A DNA stretch of 64,000 nt from an uncultured delta proteobacterium (lineage in GTDB: Bacteria > Myxococcota_A > Polyangia > Haliangiales > Haliangiaceae): NCBI GenBank assembly GCA_963848295.1, contig CAWKDB010000010.1, forward strand, positions 2,976,001-3,040,000, read 5' to 3'. Positions 1-12,354 of the stretch are shown piece by piece (the stretch's first letter is position 1; every line of letters begins with the position of its first letter). A program made the translations under genes and the position numbers. Below the pieces are notes generated by a model, which was not told where the DNA came from, did no database searches, and was given only the letters and a program-made list of their open reading frames with translations.

Positions 1-1752
1 CGCGAGGAATGCGAGTAGCCGGTCGCGCACGCCGGCGACGACCTTAGCGCTCATCATGAGATCGGGCTTGATTCGCACGACGAGCTTGGCGGCGACCAAG
101 CGATCGAGCGAAGTCTTGATCTCTGCATCGCCACGGCCGAGCGCACCGGCGAGCTCTTTCGGTCGTGGCGGCTCGAGGGCCCAGGTTTCGAACCGAGCCA
201 GCAACTCGGCGTCGAGTGGCGACAGCATCGGCCCACTGGGCCTTGCGGCTCGGCGGAGGCGATCGCCATCGGCGGAGACCGCGCCTTTGCGCTCGAGCCC
301 GAGCACGATCGGATCGAACGCGCGCAGCGGCAACGCGGCCGGTAGCTGCGTGCGCAATGCCTCGCGGAGCGCACCGTCGTCGCCCGCCGCAGCGATCTTC
401 TCGACGATCGCGGCCTCGAGCGCGACGACCGCCGCGGCGTGGAGGTAGTGTCCGCCGATCGCGAGCAGCTCACCCGCGGCGACGAGCGTCTCGAGCGGTT
501 CGGCGAGCTGCTCGAGCGGCCGCGCGACGCGTCGAGCGAGCTCGGTGTCGGCCAAGCCGGCGGCGGCTGCTGCCTCGACGAGCAACGCGATCTGGCGCAC
601 GAGCTTGGCGTCGGCGAGCGCGCTGATGCGCGCGGCGTGCTCGGTGGGATCGCGTAGCTTCGGGGCGAGCACGCGTACGATCCGTCCACCGCCGATCGTC
701 GAGCCCGATCTTGCCGAAGCGACGAACCCGCGCACGATGAACCGATCGCCCGGCGCGGCGCCGAGTGGCGTCTCGCGATCGACGCGAAGTTGAGCGGCCG
801 TCGTGGCGCCGGGCTGTAACGGCTCCGCCGAAGCGAGCCGGAGTGTCGCCATCACTTGCGCGGTGCCGTGATGGAGCAACACCTTGCTGCGCGCCGGCAA
901 CGGCTCGGGTGCACCGCGGAGATAGCGCAGCTCGACATCGACGATGTGCGAGGCGGCGATCGCGCCGGGATGCGCGAGGAGATCGCCGCGCTCGAGCTGC
1001 TCGACCGCGATGCCCCCGAGGTTGATCGCAGCGCGCTGGCCGGCGGTCGCACGCGGCACCGCCGAGCCGTGCACTTCGATGCCGCGCACGCGGGTCGCCA
1101 GCTCGCTGCCGATCGTGACGAGCTCGTCGCCTACGGCGACCGCGCCATCCGCGATCGTGCCGGTGACAATCGTGCCGAAGCCCTTGAGCGTGAACACGCG
1201 ATCGATGGGGAGGCGGAACACGCCGGCGATGGAGCGCGCCGGCAACGAATCGATCGCGCTCGCAAGCTCGGCCCGCAGCTCGTCGAGACGCGCGCCGGTC
1301 TTCGCCGACACCGCCACGAACGGCGCGTGCTCCAAGAATGTACCGACGAGCTCGCCTCGGATCTCCGAGGTGACAAGCTCGAGCCACTCGGCGTCGACGA
1401 GGTCGCTCTTCGTCACCACGACGATACCGCGGCGCACGCCGAGCAGATCGCAGATGTCGACGTGCTCGCGCGTCTGCGGCATCACGCCTTCGTCAGCCGC
1501 GATCACGAGCAGGACGATGTCGATGCCCGTTGCGCCCGCGACCATGGACTTCACGAACCGCTCGTGACCCGGGACGTCGACCATCGCAAGCACGCGATCA
1601 CCGAGCGCCAGCTTCGCGAACCCGAGCTCGGTCGTGATCCCCCGCGCCTTCTCGACCGCGAGCCGATCGGTGTCGATGCCGGTCAACGCGTGAACGAGCG
1701 CGGTCTTGCCGTGATCGATGTGGCCTGCGGTGCCGATGACGAACGAGGTCAC
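1..1752 (-). CDS. selB: Selenocysteine-specific elongation factor SelB (3' end runs off the window)
   Basis: Manual translation from GTG 1752: [17 protein letters not shown]...[22 protein letters not shown]...[21 protein letters not shown]...[13 protein letters not shown], typical SelB G-domain. Missing from the ORF track because no stop lies in the window. Confidence 0.95.
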   Translation of the reverse strand, partial: MTSFVIGTAGHIDHGKTALVHALTGIDTDRLAVEKARGITTELGFAKLALGDRVLAMVDVPGHERFVKSMVAGATGIDIVLLVIAADEGVMPQTREHVDICDLLGVRRGIVVVTKSDLVDAEWLELVTSEIRGELVGTFLEHAPFVAVSAKTGARLDELRAELASAIDSLPARSIAGVFRLPIDRVFTLKGFGTIVTGTIADGAVAVGDELVTIGSELATRVRGIEVHGSAVPRATAGQRAAINLGGIAVEQLERGDLLAHPGAIAASHIVDVELRYLRGAPEPLPARSKVLLHHGTAQVMATLRLASAEPLQPGATTAAQLRVDRETPLGAAPGDRFIVRGFVASARSGSTIGGGRIVRVLAPKLRDPTEHAARISALADAKLVRQIALLVEAAAAAGLADTELARRVARPLEQLAEPLETLVAAGELLAIGGHYLHAAAVVALEAAIVEKIAAAGDDGALREALRTQLPAALPLRAFDPIVLGLERKGAVSADGDRLRRAARPSGPMLSPLDAELLARFETWALEPPRPKELAGALGRGDAEIKTSLDRLVAAKLVVRIKPDLMMSAKVVAGVRDRLLAFLA

Positions 1753-1763
1753 ATGCGCCCTCT

Positions 1764-1862
1764 AAGGTGACAAAAGAGACAGCGTCCCCAACGAACCTTT
1801 GTGATTACCGACATCTACCGCCGGGGCGCGCTGAGCAAGTGGACAAAGAGACAGCGTCCCCA
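1764..1862 (-). repeat. Dispersed 28-bp repeat family, locus A (2 direct copies, period about 72 bp)
   Basis: Minus-strand copies of TGGGGACGCTGTCTCTTT(T)GTC.. at 1836-1862 and 1764-1790. Confidence 0.9.
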
Positions 1863-1864
1863 GC

Positions 1865-3525
1865 TCAGAGGTCGCGGAGCTCGCGCTTTAGGACCTTGCC
1901 GGTCGGGTTGCGCGGCAGCTCGGCGAGGAACGTGACCTTGCGCGGCCTCTTGTAGTCGGCGAGATCTTTGCGGCAGTAGTCGATCACGTCGTTGTCCGAG
2001 ACCTGTGCTCCCACGCGGCGCACGACGAACGCGTGCAAGGTTTCGCCCCACTCGGGGTCGGGCACACCGATCACCGCGGCTTCGAGGATGCCGGGATGGG
2101 TCTGCAAGTGATCCTCGATCTCGCGCGGGTAGATGTTCACGCCACCGGAGATCACCATGTCGTGTTTGCGCGACTCCAAGTAGTAGTAGCCGGCGTCGTC
2201 GATGCGGCCGAGATCGCCGACCGAGTAGAACCCATCCCGTTGCGCGTCGTTGGTCGCGCCGTCGTTGCCGTGGTACCCGGTCATCAGCGTCGCGTTGCGC
2301 GCGTACAGCTCGCCGACCTCGCCGGTGCGTACTTCGTGGCCCTTGTCGTCGAGCAAGCGGATGTCGTTGCCGCGCAGCGCCTTGCCGATCGTGCCCGGTC
2401 TCGTGAGGTGATCGCCGGGCCCGGCCATCGTGACCAAGCCGGTCTCGGTCGAACCGTAGAAGTTCCACAAGATCGGTCCGAACTGATCCATGAACCGGCG
2501 CGCCGCGTCGGTCGTCAACGGCGCCGCTCCGCTCATCACCCAGCGCAAGCTCGACGTATCGTACTTGCCGAGGGTCGTGGGCGGCAGGGCGCAGATCCGG
2601 ATCATCATCGTCGGCACCATCAGCGTGCACGTGATTTTCTCGCGCTCGATGATGTGTAACGCTTGTTCGGGATCGAAGTGGTTCTGCAGCACGACCGTCG
2701 CGCCGAGCGCGAGAGGATCGCGACGAACGCCGGCGCCGCGCTGTGATAGAGCGGGCACACCACGAGCTGGCGATCGTCGGCGCGCATCCCGCACTGATAG
2801 ATCATGTCGCCGACCGACTCGAATCCGGTGCGCTTCCAGCTGCGGTTCGCGCCTTTGGGTTTGCCGGTCGTGCCCGACGTATAGACGATCACGCCTCCGC
2901 CGTCGCCGCCGCGCACGCGTGGGGGAAGCTCAGGCGGTTGAGCAGCGAGCGCGCGGTCCCACTCGACGACGTCCGCGGCATCGGTCGGCACATCGCCGCC
3001 GCACGCGATCATCGGACCGCCTTTGCCGCCGGCCTGCGCGCGCGCCTCGCGCATCGTCGGCAAGAAGCCCGCCTGCACGATCGTCGCGTTCGGCTCGGAG
3101 TTGCCGAGGATGAACGCGATCTCGCCGGGCTTGAGCCGATAGCCGATCTGCACCGCGGTCGCGCCGAGCCGAGCGAGCGCTTGCTGTGCGAGCAAGAACT
3201 CGATGCCGTTCGGCAGCATGATCGCGACGCGACTGCCCGATCCCGCACCACGCGATGCGAGCGCATGCGCGAGGCGATTGACCGTCGCATCGAGCTCGCC
3301 CCAGGTCAGCCGACGCACGCCTTGTTCGCCGTACTCGACGATCGCTTCCTTGTCAGGATGCGCCGCCGCATGGAACATGATCGCGAGGTGAGGCCCGACC
3401 TTCGTCAGCCGGGCCGCCTTGATGAAGTGGGCCACGCCGGACGGCCGCACTGGCGCCGCGACCTTCGCCGACCTAAACACCTTCGCAAAGAACACTGCAC
3501 GGTCGAGTCGCACTTTGAGCTTCAC
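1865..3525 (-). pseudogene. AMP-binding acyl-CoA synthetase, split by one frameshift near 2712-2716 (true pseudogene or consensus error)
   Basis: ORF 2620-3525 has YTSGTTGKPKG and PLYHSA; ORF 1865-2794 has FYGSTE, GDLG, ISGGVNIYPREIE, LPRNPTGKV. The halves join at AIL/ALGATVV if one base is added. Confidence 0.85.
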
Positions 3526-3550
3526 GGCGACACCATACCTGACCGCGAAT

Positions 3551-3781
3551 TGGTGACGCTGTCTCTTTTGTCAACTTGCGTCGCTTGACGCTCGCAGTAA
3601 CCGCCCGGACTGCCTGGGTTTGTCTGGGGACGCTGTCTCTTTTGTCAACTTGTGGTCGCCGAGCCGCTCCTGGCGGAGCGCCGTTTTCAAGCGGGCGGGC
3701 TGATCGCTCGAGCGCGATACGTCCGCGTACGCGATCACTGCGGTCGGCTGGCAGCACAAGTAGACAAAAGGGACAGCGTCC
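3551..3781. repeat. Dispersed repeat locus B (2 direct + copies 74 bp apart, plus 1 inverted copy)
   Basis: TGGTGACGCTGTCTCTTTTGTCAACTTG at 3551, TGGGGACGC... at 3625, reverse copy at 3755-3781. Confidence 0.9.
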
Positions 3782-3793
3782 TGCGTCCGGGCC

Positions 3794-6700
3794 TCAACGA
3801 CCGCTGTTTTGAATCGCGTGCATCGCGCTGTCGTAGTGGACGTCGTGCGGCGGGTTGAGGTCGACGAACTTCTTGAAGGCGTCGAGCTCGGCGGCGTCGT
3901 GGCCGAGGCTGCGCTCGAGGTCGCCGAGCCGGTAGTAGGTGTCCATTAGCCAGTCGACCTTGACGCCGGTCTTGCGCTGCTGTGTTTCGGCGCCGCTCAC
4001 CGCGTCGGTCCACGCCTTCGCCGCAGCCGGCCCGTTGTTGGTGTCGTAGTAGACCTCGCCGAGGTGCTTGTACGCGTCGGGGCGCGGATCGATCGAGATC
4101 GCGGTCTTGAACCAATCGATCGCGGCGTCCTTGTTGTGCGGCCCGGGGATCGCCTGGTAGGCGAGGCCGAAGTTGTAGGCGACCTCCGCGTCGTGTTTGA
4201 GGTTCCATGCCTGTTTCAGCGGCGGGATCGCCTTCTCGAATTCTTGGCGCGCGACGTAGAGCCGGCCGAGCCCTGCGAACGGGTTGAACATCGTCGGCGG
4301 ATTGCTCGCGGCTTGATACGAGACGATCGCGAGGTCTTGGAACTTGGTATCGCCGGTCTTGACCGCGGTCGCTTCCGCGGCGCGGCCTAACGCGTCCAGA
4401 TACTGCGGATCGGGATCGATGTCCTTCGCCGCGATCAGCTCTTTGCGCGCCTCGTCGAGCTGGCCGGCGGCGAGCAAGCCCTCGCCCTTGAGGTAGTGAC
4501 CGGCGGCGTTGTCGGGGTCGGACGTGAGGATCGGATCGGCCTGCGCGGCGGCTTTCGCGATGTCGCCGGTGCGGGCGAAGAATCGGCCGGCGCGAATCCG
4601 CGCGGGAATCGGGACGGTTTTTGCCGCGACGAGCTGGTCGTACGCTTTCGCCGCATCGGCGTCTTTACCCGCGCTCTCCAGGCCGCGCGCGAGCTCGAGC
4701 GCGACGTCGGTGCGGTTCGGATCGATCGCGAGCGCGGCACGCAGCTGGTCGAGCGCGTCGTCGTGATGGCCTTGCGCTTCGAGCACCTTGCCGAGCTCGA
4801 GCTTCGGCTCGACGTCTTTGTCGAGCTCGAGCGACGCCTGGCGCAGGAACTTCTCGGCCTTTATGAGATCGCCGGTGGTGAAGTACGCGACGCCGAGCGA
4901 CAGCGCGCGCTGCGGATCATTCTGTGCTTTGTCCTCGAGCGTGGCGAGCAGACCTTGCGCCCGGTCGCGATAGCCTTGCGCCTTGCCGTCGTTCGCGGCG
5001 TCCGAGGCCTTGGCCATCGCGCCGAGCTTCTCGACCGCGGCCATCGTCGGCGCGAGATCCAAGTCGCCGGCGGCCTTCGCGCCGCGGACGAACGCTTCGA
5101 TCGCACCTGCGTCGTCGCCCTTGGCTTGCAGTAGTCGGCCCGTTACGAGCTCGAACTGCGCGCGTTGCAGCGGCGGCAGCTGACGCCCGTCGAGCGCTTT
5201 GAGCCGCGTGGCGGCGTCAGCTAGCTGGCCGCCATGGATGTCGAGATCGCAGAACACGAGCTGCGCTTGGACGTCATCGGGCGACTGCGTGATCGCCTTC
5301 GTGATCAGGTCGCGAGCGACTGAGGTCTTATTGTCGGCGAGCTCGACCTGCGCGAGCCCGGTGAGTGCCCCGACGTCCTGCGGGGTGATCGCGAGCGCGT
5401 TGTGGTAGTGACCGCGCGCGGCGTCGAGCTGACCGGCGGCCCTTTCGATGTCGCCGACGAGCGACCACGCGCGGGTGACCGCTCGGGGGTCGGCGCCCTT
5501 GATGTCCTTGCGGTTGAGGATCGCCATCAGCTCGGCATGGCGCTGCGCGGACTCGGCGGGAGGTGCGGCGGCGACCAAGCCCACCTGGGCACCGACGTGA
5601 TCCTTCTCGAGCTCGAGGACCGCGGCGAAATCGGCGTGTGCGCCGTCGAGGTCGGCTTGGATCAGCTTCGTCGTGCCGCGCGCGTACAGCGCGGCGACCT
5701 TGACGACCGGGCCGGCCGCGATCGCCTGATCGAACGCCTTGTTCGCGGCGACGAGGTCGCCCTTTCGCATCCGCGCCCAGCCGAGATAGAGCAGCAGGTA
5801 TGGATCCTTCGGGTTCGCCGCCAGCAGCTTCTGCAGCTTGACCAGCGCGGGATCGGCTTGTCCGGCGGCGAGGGCCGATAACACTTGCGCGCGATCGAGC
5901 TCCGGGCCGGTCACCCCATCCTCGAGCGCCTTCGCGATCATCTTCTTGCCGACCGCGATCCGCTGCGGGAGGTTGAGGCCGGTCTCGAGCGCCGCGGCGA
6001 GCGAACCCTCGGCGACGATGCCGAGCGCCTCGACGTTGCTATCGTCGAGCTCGAGCGCGTCGCGCGCGCTGTTGACCGCGCGTTGCCAGTGGTTCGCATC
6101 GGCTGCGAGCAAGGCTTCGTGCGCCGACTTCAGGTCGGTCGCGATCGCTTCGGTGCGCTGCCGAGCCGCGGCGTGGTGGCGGTAGAACATCCATCCGCCG
6201 GCACCGGCGACGACCACGCCGAGCGCGATCGTCGCGATCTTGCGCGAGCGTTGCGCGCGCCCGAGCTTTGCGCCGGCGGCGTCCTCGGCGGCCTTCTGCT
6301 TCGCGACCTTCTTCGGCGACTCCTTCGGCGCTTCGGGATGCGGCGCGTCGGCGAGCTCGAGCTGGAGATCCGCGCCCTTGTTCGCGCCGGCCAGCGGCGG
6401 TCCGATCCCGGCGTCGGACCTCGCAGCCGCGGACTTCGCCGCGGCGGAGCCGGGCTTCGGCGTCGTGTCGAACCGGATCGCCGGCTTCGACGGCGCCGAC
6501 AGGTCGAGGTCGCCGAACGAGTCGACCGGCGTCGGCACCGGGATCGCGGCACCGGGGGACGCGAGGCCGAGATCGAGCTCGGGTCCCGATTCTTGCGCGA
6601 GCTCGAGCGGCTGTCCCGCCGATGACGGGCCGAGATCGAAGTCGAGATCACCGGGCGCGCGCGGCATCGGTCCCGCGCCCGACAGATCGATCGCCGCTTC

Positions 6701-7777
6701 GTCGCCCTGCGCGGTCGCTGGCGGCAGGTCGTCGAAGAACGTGTTGGCGACTGCCGGCTTCGCGGCCGGCGGCGACAGGTCGTCGAAGAAGCCCTTCGGG
6801 GCGACGTCGGTGGTCGACCTTGTGGATGCCGGTTGCGGCAGGTCGTCGAAGAAGCCCTTCGGGGCGACGTCGGTGGTCGACTTTGTGGATGCCGGTTGTG
6901 GCAGGTCGTCGAAGAAACCCTTCGGCGCGGGCAGATCTTCGTTGCCACGACCCGGTCGCGCCGGTTGCGGCAGGTCGTCGAAGAAGCCTTTCGGCGCGAC
7001 ATCGGTCGTGCCGCGAGCGCCGCCGGTCAGGGCGGGTTGCGGCAAGTCGTCGAAGAAGCCTTTCGGCGCCGGCAAGTCGACCGAGCCGGCACCGGCTTTC
7101 CCTCCGCCGGCGACGGGTGTCGGGAGGTCGTCGAAGAAGCCTTTCGGCGACGGTAGATCGGCGTCCGCGGGCCGCTTTGGCGTCGGCAGATCGACGAGAT
7201 CGTCGTTGGGCTTTGCCGCCGGCGTTTGGCCCGGCGTCGCGGCGCGCTTCGGCGCCGGCAGATCCGAGATGCCAGCGACCGGCGGCTTGATCACCGGAAT
7301 ATTGGGGATGCCTTTGGCCGGCGTCGCGGTCCGCTTCGGCGCCGGCAGATCGGCGAGACCCGCCTTCGATCTCGACTCGCCGATCGGCGCGAGCAGATCG
7401 TCGACCTCCGCCATCCCCGGCTTGTCCTGCAGCCTCGCGCCTTTCGGTGCGGGCAGATCGGCGGCCGCGAGCGCGGACTTCGGCGCGGGCTTGGACTCCC
7501 CGGCGCCGCCGAGCGCGCTGGTCCGGCGCGGCGCGGGCAGGTCGGCGAGATCGATCACCGCGTCGCGCTTGGCGGGAACAGGCACAGGAATCGGCGGCGG
7601 GGGCGGACGCACTGGCGCGGGACCAACCGGCTTCGCGGGACCAACCGGCTTCACGCCGATCGGGATCGGGACTCGCGCCTTGCAGCTCGTGCAACTCGCG
7701 AACTTGGTCCCGGGCGGGACCTCGGCATCGGCGAAGCGGTTCAGCGTGCCGCACGCCGGGCAGGTCGCCTCGATCAT
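3794..7777 (-). CDS. Large zinc-ribbon / repeat-linker / single-TM / TPR protein
   Basis: MIEATCPACG..CTSC Zn ribbon, DLPAPK and GFFDDLP repeats, TM segment IATIALGVVVAGAGGWMFY, long TPR-like C-terminal region; start placed at ATG 7777. Confidence 0.85.
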   Translation of the reverse strand: MIEATCPACGTLNRFADAEVPPGTKFASCTSCKARVPIPIGVKPVGPAKPVGPAPVRPPPPPIPVPVPAKRDAVIDLADLPAPRRTSALGGAGESKPAPKSALAAADLPAPKGARLQDKPGMAEVDDLLAPIGESRSKAGLADLPAPKRTATPAKGIPNIPVIKPPVAGISDLPAPKRAATPGQTPAAKPNDDLVDLPTPKRPADADLPSPKGFFDDLPTPVAGGGKAGAGSVDLPAPKGFFDDLPQPALTGGARGTTDVAPKGFFDDLPQPARPGRGNEDLPAPKGFFDDLPQPASTKSTTDVAPKGFFDDLPQPASTRSTTDVAPKGFFDDLSPPAAKPAVANTFFDDLPPATAQGDEAAIDLSGAGPMPRAPGDLDFDLGPSSAGQPLELAQESGPELDLGLASPGAAIPVPTPVDSFGDLDLSAPSKPAIRFDTTPKPGSAAAKSAAARSDAGIGPPLAGANKGADLQLELADAPHPEAPKESPKKVAKQKAAEDAAGAKLGRAQRSRKIATIALGVVVAGAGGWMFYRHHAAARQRTEAIATDLKSAHEALLAADANHWQRAVNSARDALELDDSNVEALGIVAEGSLAAALETGLNLPQRIAVGKKMIAKALEDGVTGPELDRAQVLSALAAGQADPALVKLQKLLAANPKDPYLLLYLGWARMRKGDLVAANKAFDQAIAAGPVVKVAALYARGTTKLIQADLDGAHADFAAVLELEKDHVGAQVGLVAAAPPAESAQRHAELMAILNRKDIKGADPRAVTRAWSLVGDIERAAGQLDAARGHYHNALAITPQDVGALTGLAQVELADNKTSVARDLITKAITQSPDDVQAQLVFCDLDIHGGQLADAATRLKALDGRQLPPLQRAQFELVTGRLLQAKGDDAGAIEAFVRGAKAAGDLDLAPTMAAVEKLGAMAKASDAANDGKAQGYRDRAQGLLATLEDKAQNDPQRALSLGVAYFTTGDLIKAEKFLRQASLELDKDVEPKLELGKVLEAQGHHDDALDQLRAALAIDPNRTDVALELARGLESAGKDADAAKAYDQLVAAKTVPIPARIRAGRFFARTGDIAKAAAQADPILTSDPDNAAGHYLKGEGLLAAGQLDEARKELIAAKDIDPDPQYLDALGRAAEATAVKTGDTKFQDLAIVSYQAASNPPTMFNPFAGLGRLYVARQEFEKAIPPLKQAWNLKHDAEVAYNFGLAYQAIPGPHNKDAAIDWFKTAISIDPRPDAYKHLGEVYYDTNNGPAAAKAWTDAVSGAETQQRKTGVKVDWLMDTYYRLGDLERSLGHDAAELDAFKKFVDLNPPHDVHYDSAMHAIQNSGR

Positions 7778-7995
7778 CCGGCCACAATCATACCTCGGTC
7801 GACAGGGGATTGCCCCGTTCCGGGGGCCTCGTGAACGTGGGGCCCGACCCAAGGATTCGGCGGCCGTTTCGTTCCGAATTCCTGTTCTCGGTTCCCTGTG
7901 TTCCCGATCTACCGCGGCCGCGTCGCTCGCCCGCCTTGCAAGGCGCAACTCGCGAAGCCTCGGCTCCGTCGCCCAGGACCGGGCCTCGGCAGCAA

Positions 7996-8706
7996 TCAGC
8001 AGCCGTGCATGGAGCTGAACGGATCGCAGGGAACCCGGCCCGGAGCAGCGGGCTTGGCGACCGCCTTGCCGACCGGCCGGGGATCGAAAGGATCGATCGC
8101 GTTGCGCGGCTGCGTGCCGGGGTCGAACTGGTCGTCGTCGTCGTCGGCCGGCCGGCGGTTCTTGCGGCCCGGGCCGCGCTTGCTGCCGTTCTCGATCGCC
8201 TTGCGCAGCTGGTTCTCGATCTTGCGCTCGATCGCGGGCAGCACGATCAGGACGCGCGCGGTCTGGGCCGGAGTCAGGATCTTTCGCAGATCTGCGATCC
8301 GGCGATCTTCAACATCGCGAAATCCGCGCTGGTTCGCGACCGCGTCATCGATCGCCCGGTCGATCGCGCGCGGGTCGCCGCCGGTGCTGGTGTCGTTGAG
8401 CCTGCGTTGGATTTCGGCTCGCGCGACCAGCAAGCGGTCGATCTCGTCGTCGTACTTGGCGAGCAGCGGGAACAGTCGTGCCACGGCCGCATCGTCGAGA
8501 GAGACTTGCTCGGTCAGCTGATACGCGCGGAGCTCGCGCAGCCGCTTCTTGATCGCTTCGCGCCGATTCAGCGCCGGGCCGGGATTGCCGGGATGCGCGC
8601 CCGCAGGCGGCCCCCCGTTCGGCGGCGTGTTACCAGGCTGCGCCGCCGCGATTCGGCCGCCGAATCCGACTGCGAGCGCCAACGCGATGACACCGAGCCG
8701 GATCAC
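7996..8706 (-). CDS. Exported Spy/CpxP-like helical protein
   Basis: Signal peptide, LTPAQ motif near the helical domain end; GTG overlaps the anti-sigma stop. Confidence 0.65.
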   Translation of the reverse strand: MIRLGVIALALAVGFGGRIAAAQPGNTPPNGGPPAGAHPGNPGPALNRREAIKKRLRELRAYQLTEQVSLDDAAVARLFPLLAKYDDEIDRLLVARAEIQRRLNDTSTGGDPRAIDRAIDDAVANQRGFRDVEDRRIADLRKILTPAQTARVLIVLPAIERKIENQLRKAIENGSKRGPGRKNRRPADDDDDQFDPGTQPRNAIDPFDPRPVGKAVAKPAAPGRVPCDPFSSMHGC

Positions 8707-9278
8707 GTCTTCTTTCTCGCCAACCATTGTTCGGCGCGCGCGACCGCGGTGTCGTCGAGATCGTCGACCCAGCCGAGATCGGACGCCGGCAAGATGCCAT
8801 CGGTCGCCGCGGTGTCATCGGTATCGAACGCGGTGCGAGCATCATCGTCGAGGGCATCGAGTGCGCTATCGAGCTCGTCGTCATCGGCGTCGAGCACGTC
8901 GCCGTCGAGCCATACCGCATCGTCGTCGACCACCGGCGGGGCAACCGCAGGAGGCGGCGGCTTGACGACCTGGGTGTGCGGCGCCCGTGCAACCTCGCCC
9001 GTCTCCGACGGCTCGTGCGTCGTCGCCGGATGATGCAACCACAACGCGAGCGCCGCGGTCGCCACGCACGCGGTGCCGAGCGGCACGGCAAGCCACGCAA
9101 AGTGGCGGCGCCACCACGGCTGCGGAAGCTCGTCGCCGACCGCCTGCCGGATCGAGCGCTCGAGCGCCTGCCAATCCGGCTCTTCGCCGAGCGCCGGCAA
9201 CGCGCGCACCCGCTCGACCAGCGCGCGCTCGTCCGGCGTTAGCTCGGTATCGGTCTCGTTGTTCGTGCTCTGGCTCAT
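8703..9278 (-). CDS. Putative membrane anti-sigma factor
   Basis: Coupled downstream of the ECF sigma gene; single TM; acidic C-terminus. Confidence 0.65.
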   Translation of the reverse strand: MSQSTNNETDTELTPDERALVERVRALPALGEEPDWQALERSIRQAVGDELPQPWWRRHFAWLAVPLGTACVATAALALWLHHPATTHEPSETGEVARAPHTQVVKPPPPAVAPPVVDDDAVWLDGDVLDADDDELDSALDALDDDARTAFDTDDTAATDGILPASDLGWVDDLDDTAVARAEQWLARKKT

Positions 9279-9868
9279 TCGTCCGCCCCAGCTTGACCCA
9301 GGATGTCACGCAGGCGTTTAACCGCGTAGTGAAAGTTAACTTTGGCCGTGTTCTCCGAGCAATCGGCGAGCTCGGCAACCTCTTTGAACGCTAGGTCGTC
9401 GAACACGCGCAGCTCGAGCACGAGCTTTTGTTTCGGCGGCAGCTGAGCGATCGCGGCGCGCAACCGAGCGCTGTCTTGATCGCCCGAGATCTGCGCGGCA
9501 GCCATGCTGGGTGCGACGAGCGCATCGTCGGCGATCTCGGTCGGCTGCTCTCGGCGATGATCGCGCAACCACGACAGCGCGCAGTTGATCGCGATGCGAT
9601 ACAGCCAACTGCGGAGCGACGACGCGCCGCGAAACGCGGCCAAGCCCTTGTACGCGCGGACGAACGCCTGCTGCGCGACATCGGCGGCATCGGCGTCACT
9701 CCCGACGTAGCGCCGCGCGATCCGCCACACGCCCTTTTGATGTTTGCGGACGAGCTGATCGAACGCGGTGCGGTCACCCGCGCGAAACTGCACGGCGAGC
9801 TCGAGGTCGGGATCGTCGGCCGGATTCACGTGCGCGACGATCCCGTCGAGGGTGGCCAGGGCTTCCAC
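9275..9868 (-). CDS. ECF RNA polymerase sigma-70 factor
   Basis: Region 2 (DAADVAQQAF..SWLYRIAIN) and region 4 (LPPKQKLVLELR..FKEVAE..TAKVNFHYA). Confidence 0.92.
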   Translation of the reverse strand: MEALATLDGIVAHVNPADDPDLELAVQFRAGDRTAFDQLVRKHQKGVWRIARRYVGSDADAADVAQQAFVRAYKGLAAFRGASSLRSWLYRIAINCALSWLRDHRREQPTEIADDALVAPSMAAAQISGDQDSARLRAAIAQLPPKQKLVLELRVFDDLAFKEVAELADCSENTAKVNFHYAVKRLRDILGQAGADE

Positions 9869-9955
9869 GGTTGGTTTGACCCCGAGCTCGGTGCAGCCGT
9901 TAAACCCGTCGCCAAGCCCCCTCGATCATTGCTATTTCCTGACATAAGGTAGGGC

Positions 9956-11236
<1,281 letters not shown>

Positions 11237-11237
11237 C

Positions 11238-11363
11238 CGGGGACGGTGTTCGCTCTGTCAACCGGCCTACCCAGGGACGGTGTTCACTTTGACAACCTCG
11301 CGCTCGGACAAACCCGTTCAGTGATCGCCTCTTAGCTGGGGACGGTGTTCACTTTGACAACTT
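11238..11363 (+). repeat. Dispersed repeat locus C (3 copies of the variant GGGACGGTGTTCACTTTGACAAC)
   Basis: Copies near 11239, 11273 and 11338, starting right after the serS stop. Confidence 0.85.
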
Positions 11364-11396
11364 ACTCGGTCGGCGAAAGTTGTCCCTCGATCGCGC

Positions 11397-11431
11397 TTTA
11401 CAAGGCGTTTCGGATCCCTATACTGCCGCCC
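11397..11431 (+). promoter_or_regulatory. Sigma-70 stable-RNA-type promoter for the tRNA operon
   Basis: TTTACA-16 nt-TATACT followed by a GC-rich discriminator GCCGCCC, upstream of tRNA-Ser. Confidence 0.6.
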
Positions 11432-11448
11432 TGCCTCTAGGACCGCCT

Positions 11449-11532
<84 letters not shown>

Positions 11533-11620
11533 TAAGCTTGATAATCGAATAGTGTCACGCAAGTATCTTAAGCGGGCGTCGCGTCGGCGACCCACGCTAT
11601 GGTTTGGCACCGACTGCCGA

Positions 11621-11710
<90 letters not shown>

Positions 11711-11718
11711 CGCTGTGA

Positions 11719-11791
<73 letters not shown>

Positions 11792-11793
11792 CG

Positions 11794-12267
11794 ATGCCGC
11801 TCGATGATGATCAACGATGGATGACGGTCGCGCTTGAAGAAGCGCGAGCGGCTGCTGCGACCGGCGACGTGCCGGTCGGCGCGGTCATCGTCGCGAACGG
11901 CGCGATCATCGGTCGAGGGCGTAATCGCCGCGAGCTCGATCGCGATCCCACGGCTCACGCCGAGGTGGTCGCGCTCCGCGATGCGGCGCAGCAGCTAGGG
12001 CATTGGCGAGTCGAGGCGACCTTGGTCGTCACGCAAGAGCCGTGCTCGATGTGTGCGGGAGCGATCGTCAACGCCCGCATCAAACGATTGGTATTCGGTT
12101 GCACGAATCCCAAAGCCGGCGCGGTGACCACACTGTTTCAGCTGGTCACCGACCCTCGACTCAATCATCGCGTCGAGGTGGTCGGCGGAGTTCTCGCCGC
12201 CGAGTGTTCCGCGGAGCTCACGAGGTTCTTCACCGAGCTTCGCCGCGGACCGAGCTACGAGCCTTAG
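11794..12267 (+). CDS. tadA: tRNA adenosine(34) deaminase
   Basis: DVPVGAV, DPTAHAE, EPCSMCAGA, RLNHR motifs. Confidence 0.96.
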   Translation: MPLDDDQRWMTVALEEARAAAATGDVPVGAVIVANGAIIGRGRNRRELDRDPTAHAEVVALRDAAQQLGHWRVEATLVVTQEPCSMCAGAIVNARIKRLVFGCTNPKAGAVTTLFQLVTDPRLNHRVEVVGGVLAAECSAELTRFFTELRRGPSYEP

Positions 12268-12271
12268 TTCT

Positions 12272-12354
12272 GGAGGAGTGTCCGAGTGGCCGATGGTGTC
12301 TGATTCGAAATCAGATTTGCGCAAGCAACGGGGGTTCAAATCCCTCCTCCTCCG
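12272..12354 (+). tRNA. tRNA-Ser(CGA)
   Basis: GGAGGAG/CTCCTCC stem, TCTGA-TT-CGA-AA-TCAGA, long variable arm. Confidence 0.94.

Noticed and set aside
856..1770. Plus-strand ORFs over the first 1.7 kb
   Set aside because: Shadows of selB on the minus strand
6240..8018. 592-aa plus-strand ORF with RSSKKPFG repeats
   Set aside because: Reverse-strand mirror of the PKGFFDDL repeats in the TPR gene
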